Assembly: GCA_000182565.2 (NCBI GenBank) | Contig: KQ257463.1 | Source: Spizellomyces punctatus DAOM BR117 | Taxonomy: Eukaryota | Strand: one strand, 5' to 3' | DNA: 64,000 nucleotides | Shown here: piece by piece, positions 38,761 to 51,555 of the stretch | Layout of the letters: the number at the start of each line of letters is the position of its first letter | How positions within the stretch are numbered: the stretch's first letter is position 1 | The notes under the pieces: model-generated | The model's input: the letters and a program-made list of their open reading frames with translations, nothing else | Database searches by the model: none | What the model was told of the DNA's origin: nothing | Translations under genes and position numbers: made by a program

Positions 38761-40346
38761 TCAAGCACTGCCAACCTCGACGGCATTAGCTGAGCCGTTT
38801 TCCTTCTTGTCGCTACCTCCATCAATAACCATCTTTTCCGTATCGTCTTCAGGTAATGCAAAGCTTCGTTCACTGATATGCGGCTTGTTGAAGACGACGG
38901 ATTTGTTTTTCCACCGCCCATTGTTTCCACTTGGCTGCCCCATGGAAGGCGAGTCTTTTTCAACGGTTTCAACAAACTTTTTAGATTTGAAGACAGGTAT
39001 TGGTGTAGATCTTGACGGATGCTGGAAGGCGCAATTGGGGCGCTGTGGACCGTGATGAGATTTTGACAACAGTGACGCACTAATATTTTTGAAGCTTACC
39101 TGGCAGAAAGGTTCAAATTTACACACCGTCCCCGAGGTAACTTCCGTACTAGGCGTTTTTCCAGGTACCATACTGAATACGTTAACGCTTCCGTTCTTGT
39201 GCAAGCTTTTGTGTAAAAACGGACATCCAGGTTTTGTGCAGTTGGGATCGAATCGGCAGAGAGGCTTGCCCGCGTGTCCCATGCTATGATGTCCGGGAGG
39301 GTGCGTGAACGAACATCCTGGTCGCATGCATTGGACTCCAAATTTACAAGCAATTGGATATTGATCAGTGGGATGAACGTACAGACATTGGTTCCCTTTC
39401 GGACATGAAGGAAAGGCGCGACAAGGCTGCGTTGGATGCCAAAAAACGCAATTCGAGCCCCTCTTACAATGTGGCCAATAAGTGCATCGCGTGGGTGTGG
39501 TTTCGCTTGGTGTACTCAAGGGACGAAGTTGATTTCCTGGTCGACGGCCGGCAGATCCATCTACTGTAACCGTGAATGTCACATTCTCGTCTCCTTCCTG
39601 TTGCCCATTTTCCATTTTCGACAATTTGCTTGCTCGAAGCCCTTCAGTCGACGCCTCTTCGTCCTCGTCCAAAGGTCGTCTAGTATCCCTCGATGATTCC
39701 CGACCTCTTTTACGTCCATTAGAACGTGTCTCCCGTACGTCGTCAGCTGCCTCTTGAACTGCTCTCACAAGTAGGTGAGCCGGATTGCCTCTTGTCTCAC
39801 GACGAGGATGTTGTTCTTGATCATCTATCAGATCGCGCACATTAGCCTCTTGAATGGGGAGCAGTCCATTGTCTATCCACACCAACCTAGCTCCTCGTCT
39901 GAGCGCACATCCAAGTTGATGACCATGTCTTCCTCATCGTGCGTAGTAGTTGCATCCGCTTGGGGTGTCACTGGAGGGGCCGCTGACGCCGTATAGTTGC
40001 ATATCCATTCGCTCACTGTGGTCGCAGCATCGGGCATGTTCATGACTGAATTGGCAAAACAAATGTCAAAACAATGGCGCCGGGCATAAATACTGAAGAC
40101 AAAACAAAACGTGCCTTCTGCAAAGTCTGCTTTCAGTTCATCTTTGCTTTTTCCAGCCTGCACTAGTACTGCAGCATATTCAGACATGAGCTCAACATTC
40201 TCGCCTGGGAAATTCTCTGAGAGATAGCTCTCAAAGTCCACCTGTCGAGGACAAAATACATGTCAGAAGAGGTGCCAACGAAAAGATCGGAGATTTTAGA
40301 TCTGGGTATATACCTTGAAGCGTTCTACCCCTCTAGATTCGGCCAT
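38761..40346 (-). CDS. Nab2/ZC3H14-like poly(A)-RNA-binding protein with tandem CCCH zinc fingers
   Basis: N-terminal PWI-like segment (ELMSEYAAVLVQAGKSKDEL); CCCH repeats CTYWPHCKRGSNCVFWH, CRAFPSCPKGNQCLYVH, CKFGVQCMRPGCSFTH and CRFDPNCTKPGCPFLH; C-terminal HISERSFA. Confidence 0.8.
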
Positions 40347-41340
40347 TATTGAAAGGCAAAAGGTCAATCAGATAGCGGTGTTGAGGACAGGGTGACGACG
40401 TCGGGCGGAGACACTGATTGGAGCAAGACAAATCAAGAAACTTGGGGTGTGGGGCAAACCAAAATATCTGGTGGTGACTCGAGACATGAAGCAAATCACG
40501 TGGTTTATTCTTACATAAGCAACACCGAAATATCCTACTCTGTCGGTCGTCTTGGCTTTGGATAAGGGGATCTGCAAATTCCCTACTTGGCGAAATGGTG
40601 GGTACTTGTCAGTCTGGTATATCGTACAGTTTCGGTTGGTGTCGATCTTGGTTACCGATTATATGCTGGCACGGTCTTTGCCGGAATATCATCGACGTTT
40701 GAAATACCGCCATGTTCAGGCACTCAAGCAAGGACCTTAATAAATTTTCCGTATTTCGTAGGTTTATTCATATTTTCCAGGGAGCAGCTCACCTTGATTT
40801 ATACTTTTGTTGCCCCTGGACTTACAAAGTTACCTTGTCGGATATCGCAAGTCGAGTGACTGCATGCTTATAGCTAGTTTTCTGAAGGGAAGCAAGACGC
40901 CACTAAAAGTCATGTCTGCTCCAATTGTTTATTCAATCCCTTTTATTGCAATGGTCATCCAAGTTTATTTTATCTAGCAGGCGGTAGCCTCGTCGTAGAT
41001 CCGTCAAATATCATTTAGTCATAGAGAAATTCTCCGTGCCCTACGGTGCATATTTTTGCAGAAGCATGTACCCTTTGTTTACGTCTGACCCCTTGATCTG
41101 GTACCTAAATGCGTTCATCGATCATAGTTATTGAATGCTAGGATGGGACCAAGCGAGGGTCAAGATCGACCGTGGCAGGGCGTTGGATTTATTTAGTTTG
41201 CCTCAATCCCGTATAGCAGATTTGGTGTATTTGACATTCTTCCAGGGGAAGAACCACGGACAGCCAGCCTTTTCTGGGATAACTCGAAGTCTATTGGCGT
41301 GCGAAATCTTCCCCGTTGCGTAATTCGAAGAGTGTTGACG

Positions 41341-44174
41341 ATGGCCTCTGAGGAAAGCACGCACGGGGCAGACCGGTCCAAAACATCTTCACCCTCATCT
41401 CTGCCGCCACTCACCGAGCAACAACAGAGCGACAGGCATGTTCGTCTTCTGGAACCCGATGGCTATGCAAGTGACGGCGATCAAAACTGGAGTCAAAGCC
41501 AGTCCGAAAATGTCCGTGGGTGGCCACAGCGCCCACACACTGCCGGAGGTCAACGCCATGTCGACAAGCATCCGCATGCCTCAAAGAGTAGCAGATACTT
41601 TAGAAGGGTTGTAAAGAGTGGTGATGAGGAGATTATGAGCCCAAAAGAACAGAGGAGGTAAAGCTATCAAGGATCAAATGCCTGTTATTGAAAAAGCCAA
41701 CTGATCGGTTATTGTAGACTGTGGTCTCACCAATCCCTTCGTGCTCGAGAACGTACTTACGATGTCAATCTTGTGACGACTCACATGCCACTCTATGAAC
41801 CATTGTTGGACGAGTATCTCGCAGACTACTTCAACAGCCCAAAGATTCGAAAGCACTTGGTCAAGCTCGGCCTGGTGGGACCTGTGATCCATGTGCTATT
41901 GTTGTCTGACACTTTTATTCATCATTTTGATTATATGTGTGCGCCCAACGCATTCATTCAGGTTGACGATGAAGGGAACATCATTGACTCAAGGCAGTTC
42001 AAGTGCAATCAGATCCGTCTCGACAGAATGGAGCATGAATCACAGATTATGAAAAAGATGGAGGAGAGGGAAATGGACCGAGCTGTTGAGGTAAAGTCTC
42101 CAGTCCCTTGACGACCAAATCGTTTCAAAAAACTCAGTCAATGTACATTTTGGGCAGACTGCTATTCGCCAACAAAATGAAGAAGACAAGACTCCCCGAT
42201 CACAGAAACTCAGGAAGACTGTGGTAAGTGTGGTTTATCACCGTCGTCGAAACCATGCACCACGGACCACTGATCAGGCATCAACACACGCAGGAGGCAC
42301 CACATTCAAGTCTCCCTTATCCAGATTTTCTGGCGCATTATCCTTCAACCATGACAAGAACAGCTTTGCTCTACTCGGAAAAACCTGCTCCACTTACCAC
42401 AGCTGAGCAAATGGTTGTCGCAAAACTTAAGCAACAAACGCCTCGTAAATTGAAAGCGTTGGGCATCAGTCCGGCTCAATTACATGATCGCGAGATTCAT
42501 TCACAAGAGGTAGCCAGGAAAGAACGAGAGGCGATATGGAAAAGTGGTCCTACTGCGTCTCGATACCGTAAGGACCACGGTGGCACTGAGCCACCACCTC
42601 TAAGACAACAAAAGAAACAGACAATGGCACCTGTCCTGAACGGTGACAGTTGGAACCGAAACGCAGGCCAGAGAGACGAAGATGAGGAAAGCCTTTCGCA
42701 TCTCTTTGATGTCGCCAAGCGGGAATACAAGGAGGGGAAGTTGGAAGAGGCAGAAAGTCACATTCGCAAGATCTTGCACAAAGTTGAAGAAAAGGAAGGC
42801 AAGCAAGCATGGCAAGGCCAGGAGCGAACAGAGGATAATCTTCCCAAGGGATTATTCGCGGACGACAGGGGAAGCTCTACAGAGAGCCCGAATCTCTCAC
42901 AGGTAATTCTTGACAAAGATGTCCTGCGAACACGTTCAGGTCGATCCACACCCTCCACGCCTCGACACCGTGCTCTGCGCCCCAAATCTGCACGACCAAC
43001 CCGGCAGTCTCATTTTCCGGTCGCGACAGATTTCAGCGACTTTGATGCTGGCAGTGAAGGTGGATATGAATCCGACGGAGATGTATTCTTATCGGATGAG
43101 CTGGACCCACATGCTCTTGCTGGAACTGGTAGTAGGAATGAGAATTCCTTGTCAATGACGGAAGATGTCGAAGGCATGCTTCAGGAGGTTGTGGAACAGA
43201 GTACGGTCCCTCCTGACCCGGTGACTGATGAGAGGAATTCAGACTTGCAGCAATATACGACCAAACATGCCGACGAGCATTCAGGTAGTATGGACCTGGC
43301 GAGAAACGTGGCCTTGCCCCTCAGTAGACCCATGAGTGCCAAAGATAGTAAGAATGCGCTGAATGGAGCAACGAAATCGTCACCCTACGCACAGCCTCAA
43401 AGTCGAACGGCATCTCGTGCGGCTAGCGTATCGAGTTTAACAAATGGACAAAATACCGGCAAGATGTCCAGAGCGGCAAGTGCGACTCTAAATAATGCGC
43501 CGGATGGTGTTGCGTCGCCTCTGGTGCAGCGAGGTAGCCTTCCTGCATCGCGAACTAGCTTTTCATCACAGACCGCACCACAAATACGCAGTAGGGAATT
43601 CAGCACCGGCATTCTGAAAGCGATCAACAACAAGAATGGCGATGAAAATGAGCAACCGTTCGGACGAACAAACAGTGCGAATTTTGCTGCTGGGATACCC
43701 CTTCCTGAAAGTCGACCAATGAGTATCGACAACTTGAAGCAAACCAATGGGATTCGTAGTCGAGAGCAAAGTACTGGTACACTTCAAAAGGACAATCCCC
43801 ATCATAGCAGCCAAAATATCAAAGCCATCGACCAAGCCCCTCCATCCCTTCCTCGCGATGAAGTAACCTCAGCGAAGCCAATGAGCCGCACCGCGAGCGC
43901 TATATCACTCCACCGACAAATATTCAATCGCTCTGCAAGCGGGAATACACTGGACGTTATGGTCCAAGCAAAGAGCCAGCAGTCCCTTTCCGGGGCCCAG
44001 GTACCCAGTGCGTATGGGATCAGCCAAGATGGAAGGCCTTTGAGTCGAACTGGTAGCGCGCAGAGTGTGAAGGCGATTTCAAGTCGACCGCAGAGTGCAA
44101 AGAACGTGCAAAGAACATCGCAGGCCAATAGTCGAGCCCAGAGTCTACAAGAGCTGGCTATAAACAGTTCTTAG
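41341..44174 (+). CDS. ERICH3-like protein (conserved N-terminal motif plus long disordered tail); multi-exon
   Basis: YEPLLDEYLADYFNSPKIRKHLVKLGL|VDDEGNII resembles the ERICH3 N-terminal motif as recalled; followed by a 648-aa Ser/Arg-rich exon. Confidence 0.55.
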
Positions 44175-44486
44175 AGGTAGACCAGTGTAGACGAATTTTG
44201 CTTGGCTTAACCTATGTGAAATTCTGGTTTTTGTAATGTACTCGCTTGAATTTTGTCGAGTAGACCGGGAATGGTGTGGTTGTAGTGGAAACTATAATCG
44301 CAAGCATCTAGTCCTTAAAGATTTTTGAATGTATGTGGCTTTTTGACACTTGGTCCTGTTGTTCCCAATCTCCGTTGCCCTCTATATTCAATATAGATGT
44401 TTGTTCATAAATTTGAGAAGAACATAGCAGTCGACAAAGATGGCTATTTCTTGCATATGCATCAATGTCAAAACGAATCATTTGAA

Positions 44487-47439
44487 TCAATAAGCCCACG
44501 CAAGTAGCCCATCGCCTACAAAACCATATGGATCTCTCCCCCCTACCACTCTTTTATGACCCTTCCTTAACCCTTTAACAACATCCTCAACAACCTTCTT
44601 TTTGAGAATTCGCCACCCACGGCTTTCTAACCAAGCTTCCTCCACTGTCTTTAAACTAGGGCGTAGAGATGCTTCTTGGCGCAAGTATCTCCACGTGCTG
44701 TCTGTCGCCAGACGTTGGAAATCGATTTTAGAGATGATTAGCAAAGAACTTTTTGTGTTTGTTATTATTGATGCTGGTTGTTTTTGGGGATTTTGGAGAG
44801 CTTGAAATCCGGTTGGGTGTGTTGGAGGGGCTGTTGAGACGTTTGGGACGGTTTCGCCAAAATACTCGCCAGGCCCGAGGGTGTGGATAGTGAGCAGTTC
44901 GGTGAAAGTGTTGAGGTTTGGTGGGAGGTATTGCCTAAAACTGGTGAGGTTGGTGCGCTTTGAGGTCAGATTTGTTTGTGATGACGTGGAGGATGACGAG
45001 GAAGTGGTGGAAGAGGAAGTGGGTCGTCGGGAGATGGCTGGAAGATTGGTTTGCGGGATGGTGGATTCTAGTTGGGAAAGAGGTATGATACGAAATGTGC
45101 GGCCACCAAGGTCTTCCTTTACAAATTGGATTGCTTGAACAACCCTGCAGGTACCGGAACTTAACCAACAAATCATTACAATGCGATAATATACGGGTTA
45201 CCCATTCAACCAACTCACCTGATAAAATATAAACTACTGCTTCGCACCCCTTGAGTAATGACGACCTTGTTCGCATCAAACTTTCTCATAACACAGCAAT
45301 GGGTCAACGTTGCCATATCCGCGTTAAGCGTTTTAAATATCGGCAACGTCCGTAGCATATCCTGCTTTACAGTCTCGGATTCCTTATAGGTACTTAGGAC
45401 TCTCTCGTAATCCTTTCGCGATACAGTGAGGAATTCGCAGGTGCGTTTAGTCGTATAGGTGGTCGTACGCAATGAGGACGTTAGGAAGGAGATTTCACCG
45501 AATGAGTCTATTGGAAATGAGGTATTATTTATCATGGTACATGGTTTGCAAAGGATGATCAGGGAACTCACCTCCAGATGTGATATGACCAACAGTGACA
45601 GTATATGCCTTGTTTAACTCTTCTTCTATTTCCCTTATGACCTTTACCACTTCTTCATCATCGCTACCGTCACTGCCGGCATCCGACGCAGTCTCTCCCC
45701 CAGTTAAAAAACCATGATCATGGGACATGACGCTTTGTCTCGCACTACTTTTTCTTGCTGCCAATTCAGCCAGCTTTGCTTCGTATGACGCCAAAGCAGA
45801 AGAAACTCCCTCGTCCTTTGCTTGCTCACGATCGGCAAGTATTGGATGGGAGGTAAACGTAGTGGGTTGGCGAGATCTGAGTATTCCTGCTATGGCCACG
45901 GACTTTTTGCGGGCGGCGATGAGTTTTGCTCGGTCCACCTTGGTAATTTCCACATCACCATCGAGTATGATATAGAACCCTCGTGCTGGATGCCCTTCTT
46001 TCAATATTTGTCGACCAGTGTGCCAACGTGTGTAATGGGCTGCTTGGAGGAGTGCTCGCTGGAAATCATACAAGGAATTTTGCATCAATTTCTGTTGTCG
46101 AAAATAATGCCAGATCTTTCAAATCAAGAAGAGGTCAACACACCTGTACAGAGATGGGGTATTTTTCCATACATTTCATGGTACTGCACCACATCACCAT
46201 TCTATCCAAGTCCGCTCTAGTCCTTTCTGTTCTCTTCTTCCTAAACAATACCCGCATACTATGGTCCAACCATCCTTTGAACTGCTTTGGCCTTGCAAAC
46301 AAATGCGATACTCCAAAAAGGTCATACGAGATGATCAATGCATTTTTCGAACCGGGAGAGATTTGTGTTGTCCTCTGAGTGGAAGTATCGTCTTCATCCT
46401 GATAGGTTTTTGGATCATATTCCCAAGACCATTCAATGGGGTTCTTTAGAATCCGTGCTAGAAATTTGACAAAGTGGACACTGTGGGCTACCATCCTTGC
46501 TATGCGACGGAAGCGGAGATACGCCGTTTGGGGTTCGTATTCGGGGGGTGTTGTGGTGCGTGAAATGGATGTAAGGAAGGTTTTAGCATTTGTTGCCGGT
46601 CTGTAGGGTACGTCGATTGAGCTTCGTCGGCGGTTGAATAGGCTGTTGGGGGGAGGGTTGTCAATGGAATTACGTTGACGGGATAAAGTATTGCTCATAT
46701 TTCCTGTTGGGCGATCAACAATGGATGCCCGACGGGATGGGGAAGACGAGCCTATGGATGCTCGGCGGTTTGAGAGTGCTCTCCCTCTGTCCTCCCCACT
46801 AGTGCCTCTGCCATTTATTCGTCCCGACTCATCCATACTTGCACGTCTGTTAGATAGTCGTCGTGGTTCATCTGCCGTTATGCTTGGTCTGCGGACCGAT
46901 AGTCTTCCTGTCTCGTCCACACTCGTGCGTCTCGTAAGCAACCTCCCAACATCTTCTGCAGTGATGCTTGTTCGTCTGCCAAGCAGTCGACCTGCATCTT
47001 CAGCGCTTGTTTGCCGATTGTTATCCACAACAGTGCTCAGTCCTGAGGTGTTAGTTTGAAGGACAACGACGGGGGTGAATTGCTCAATCGGAGGTTTAAT
47101 TCCTTTGAGCATTTCCTCGCTCATGAGCATATCTGATTTCCCCATTCTATCTTCAATGACGCTATATAATCGACCATCAAGCGTTCCACTTCGACCCCGA
47201 TGCTGCACCTGCGATAGCCCAGAGTATTTCAGTGGTTGGTCCGCACCGATGCCCTTCTCCCGTGTTGCCAATGATTCTACTCCTTTTTGGTAAGCCGGGG
47301 TACTTGCCCGACTTTTCAGAAATCGTTTGGTTTCCCGGAGATGGGACGTGGCAGGTCGAGCGGAGGCTCGTGCTTTCTCAGCAGCTGGGGCTGCAGCAAA
47401 CTCGTCCGGTTGGGTGTGGGGCCGGGGCTGTGGCATCAT
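44487..47439 (-). CDS. Cyclic nucleotide-binding domain protein (CNBD2-like); multi-exon
   Basis: ILKEGHPARGFYIILDGDVEI, SFGEISFLTSSLRTTT, VITQGVRSSSLYFIR and LGPGEYFGE, indicating two cNMP-binding domains. Confidence 0.8.
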
Positions 47440-47772
47440 GGAAGAAATTCACCCCTGCTGAAATGTTCGTTCCAATACCCGTAGACGAAGAGAGATGCGA
47501 CATGTATATGACAAAACGTCTCGGAGGTTTTTTCAGACCATGATCGTTATGATCGGTAAAGGTGAATCTTGTAATTCGTATGATCGGGGGATTATTTTTA
47601 AAAGTTCCAATTCTACACATCAAATCCAAAAGAAAAAAGCAAACCTATTTGTCTCAACAACCTACTCTATCTAACCATCATCTCTACACACCATAAATTA
47701 CACAGCCCCAAGTTTTCCAACTTGGACCTATCGCACTGACAAAAATCAGTCTATATAAAATGTATCCCAAAA

Positions 47773-50448
47773 CTATCCTTTTAGTCCCACAACCTCCCGA
47801 ATAACTTTTCTTTTATGCATTCCCCATTCTCTCATTCTCAAATACTCGTGAGCAGCCTCTGCCTCAGATGGACCAGACCTCGCACGACCCCGCAAATACG
47901 TGACAGTCGCATCCGTTGCAATTCGGGCAAAATCGTCAGCAAGCATACGAAGGATTTCACATCGATCGTTGGTGATGATTGTGCGGGTTGTGGGGGGTGG
48001 GGGTGGTGGAGAGGGTATAGGTATTGCAGTATGCGATTGAGGTGGAATGATACTTTGACGACGGCTTGGTAACCGGGCTACAAGGACCATACTATTTCTT
48101 CTGGCTTTGTTGGGTACTGGTGGATTCATTGCAATGGGAGCGGGTTCATCTGTTTTCTTTGAATCATCGCGAATGATTTCCAATTGCTCCTCACCGAAAA
48201 ATGCACCTGGCGATAAGGTTTCTACTACAAGCAGCTTTGATACGCGGTCTTCGTTGGCTTCGAGGTAGGTTTCCTTCTTTTCGTCATATTTAAGCAGGAA
48301 GGTCCCATTTGGTAAACTTGTTTTGATAAAGTCCACATTACGAACCACTCGACAGATGCCGCTTTTGAGAATGTAAACGTATCCATCGCCTTCATTCTGT
48401 CAAAAGATAGTTAGAGCGAGTAATGCATAACGCGAATAGATTAAAAAAAAAACTACCGGTCCAAAAACTGTCACATTGGGTGGAAACGTCACCACTTCGG
48501 TGTGGCGGTTCAAATAAGTTGTTCCAACAATCAAAGTCTTAAAGACACCATGTTCCCGAATCAAGTCCAGCTTCTCCTTCTCCTCTTTGTTTGCAAGATC
48601 CTCTACAGCTTCCTGGTAATCCCATTTATCTATTCGAACCAATTCTGTGCGCTCTTTACAAATCGCCGTATCAAGTCGGGGTAAATCCGTTTGCGTCTCA
48701 TGGGTACCAAATGCATCTCCGCTTCTATGCTCGGAGATTAAGCGGAAGGTTCTCTTGTCCCATGGTGTCGAAGCGTCACTAGGTGCATCCATGGTCCGTA
48801 CAAGGCATATGCATCCCGTCAAGACAGCGTACGAAGAGGATGGATGGTGACCTTGTTTATAAATAATTCGACTGGCCTCACGCGTTTCAAGCACCATGAC
48901 TCTACTCAGTTGTTTTTGGACCTTGAGAGGCAACCGCTGCAATCCTCGCATTTTTGTAATATGCGACTGAATGACTGTTACGTCTGCATCTGTCCGTTCC
49001 TGTGGTTGCTTGTTCAGAGCTCTTCGCACATCGTCGGGAACAAAGGTTTCAACAGAGAAAGAGCGGAAAGTGTCACTTGAGTTCAATCTGGATAAAAAGT
49101 TCATGATAGCAGTGCTCATGTCCAGAATATCAGTCGAAGGTGTCATGTTGAAGCCGCTGACCATGGCTCGAGTGTTCCGTAAACCGTCTATAACAGCAGC
49201 GGTAGCCTATATAAATAAAAGACGCAGATAAACAAGATGTCCTTGCAAGATAACATGAGCGTTTCTGTGGATACCTCACGAAAACGTTCTACCCCAACTG
49301 CGGGCACCCACGGTGCAGGATCAATAGATTCATTCGCATCAACAAAGCTGACAGGTTTACGAGTACTCGAAAGGTTGGGTGCTCGTGTCTCACTCATCGC
49401 GTCGCTGCTGACCAAGATGCCTCCGGTTTCTAATATAATATTGTCCACTGTTTTACTGTGAGGAGGGTGATCTCCAGTCAGTTCTTTGCTATCATGTCGC
49501 AAGGACTCGAGAGATTTCAGCGTGGACGTTCCATTTCCGTCCAAAGTCCCGTTTGAACCCGGTGCAGCCCGCTTTGATCGAGATTTAACAATGCCTTGAT
49601 TTTCCCCAAATAGCAAATCCAATTCCTGCGAACTTGTCAAGCCATCCGAACTCGAGCCATTCACTTCAGCGGATAGTTCCGGCTGAGATTCGTCCACTAC
49701 ACTTTCCTTACTCCCACTACGTGACAGTGTCGTGGGGACGCACGTTGATTGTCGTCGTTTGTACATTTTTTTAGCTGTTGCAAGGATGAGGTCGTCGTAA
49801 ACTGGTTCGGGGTCGTCATTGAATTTGGATTTGAGTTCGTTCGAAAGGGATCCTTCTCGGGCCATGAGCTGAGATTTAAAACGCTTGTACCTGATGGGAA
49901 AGACAATTCTTGAAATGAATGGCCATGGTACGTAAAACTGCAAAGTGCGCGTTAACGAGAACCTACGTAGCACTGCTTCCCCGCTTTTTCAAAAACTCGA
50001 GGGCTTTCCCTGCACTGACTCCACTCGTCGGAGATGCACTGAGAATGTTCATATTGGAAGACGACGAGCTCCCCTCATCATCAGCACTAAAGCCTCGTTC
50101 CCATTCGCCAGATACCCACAAGCTACCCTTTGGTTGACGTTTCCCGAGTTTGGGACTTTTGGGTCCTCGCTTGTCCTCTTCAACTCGGTTTGCGTCCTGT
50201 AATAAGGGTTCCTTGTGTCTTACCACTGGCGCCGATGCTTCTCGTCGTCGTATGGATGGTAAGCGGGGGAGAGTAGGACCTGCGGCACTTGACTGGCGGG
50301 TGATTTTGCCATCCACACCAGACTCTTTGTGAGTACGCAAAGGAAGTGTCGGCGGAAGGGTGAAAGCGACCATTGAAGTGGACCGCTTGCATTTGGGCGA
50401 TTTAGGAATGTGGTGATTGGATTTCATGACCACATGAGGTTTTTGCAT
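47773..50448 (-). CDS. Second cyclic nucleotide-binding domain protein, tandem paralog-like; start uncertain
   Basis: IYKQGHHPSSSYAVLTG, SGDAFG...RLDTAIC, VYILKSGICRVV and LSPGAFFGE; the C-terminus (REWGMHKRKVIREV) parallels the neighbour's (RGWRILKKKVVEDV). Confidence 0.75.
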
Positions 50449-50809
50449 CCACCTGCCAACGTTGTAGAGGTATGTACAAAAGACAATGAGAGCTTCTCAG
50501 ACCAAAAAAAAAGAGATTATTCTTGGGAAGATAACAAAAAGCCTCAATGGTGAGGGATGATCCTGCTAGTGCTGTCCCAATGTACCGCACAGTGTCCACA
50601 GACAAGTTTATTCAAAAAATAATGCTGGCATTTATACGGATCAATATGCTTGATCCTTGATTTGAAATTTCAAAAATACTGGCCGCCATGGCGGGGCAGT
50701 AAGATATAAATAGCTTTGCTCACAAGTAAAAACAAAGGGTTAGGTTGGGTTGCGGTCACATGACACTAAGTTCATTGAGATACAGTACATTAAAGAGTCC
50801 GAAAGCATA

Positions 50810-51048
50810 GTGTGGAGGTGATTGAAAATGGCACTAGAACCCCGCATAATCAGCACCCCCTCTATTGCTCAAAACGGTGTGGCATGTATTGTAATGTTTT
50901 TTTTTTTTTAAACTGCGGTGAGGCGCATGCCAAAGGTCTATGAAAGGGGGGCCTTTTCCTAGTAGTAGTTAGTTAGCTTTTCCGAACCGGTTGTCGCCGG
51001 TTTATTCCCTGGTGTAGTAGCTAGTGCCAGTTTCTGTCACCTCTACAC
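50810..51048 (+). mobile_element. Non-autonomous TIR element (Fanzor 'ghost' / Spu-1-like), short 239-bp copy
   Basis: Ends TAGTGTGGAGGTGATTGAAAATGGCACTAG and reverse complement TAGTGTAGAGGTGACAGAAACTGGCACTAG match at 26/30. TA occurs on both sides (50808-9, 51049-50), the left flank is CATA, and the element is homologous to the inverted copy at 56307-57019. Confidence 0.88.
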
Positions 51049-51065
51049 TATTAGGATTCAATCGT
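50976..51065 (+). ncRNA. Putative Fanzor omegaRNA: 75-nt scaffold plus ~15-nt guide (TTAGGATTCAATCGT)
   Basis: Scaffold GCTTTTCCGAACCGGTTGTCGCCGGTTTATTCCCTGGTGTAGTAGCTAGTGCCAGTTTCTGTCACCTCTACACTA with hairpins AACCGG/CCGGTT and GGTGTAG/CTACACT; it closely resembles the SpuFz1 omegaRNA as recalled. Confidence 0.75.
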
Positions 51066-51555
51066 ATCAATATTAGGACCTCATGCACCTCAACCCATCA
51101 CCATCAATTATGGTACTCTACTGATGCCCGCAAGTCACAGAAACGAAAAGAACCAGATATAATTTAAAACTTTAGAAACATGCAAATAAAAAGAACATTG
51201 CACAAATGCAACGAGAAGGCGTGTTTCTCGCAGCTACGTGCTTATCCGTCAGTAAGTAAAGGATTACATCAGCAAGTCTCGCTGGTCTCCTTGCTGTTTC
51301 CCTCCCTCCTTCTCGGTCTCCCCCCCTCTCTCTCTCTCGGCCATAACGCGCCCAAGTCCCCGCTTCCAGAACAGGGGCTGACTCTCTACCCGATCACAGC
51401 GGGATACTATATCCGCCAAGAAAAGAAAAAAAACCAATACAACCTTCCCTAAATACAAAGCCATCAATCGCTACATGCAAGAAAAAGGCCACTGGGTCAT
51501 GAGGTTGAAAATGCCGTCATTCGAATCTGATTCCATTCCTTTGTTTTTCTTTCGT

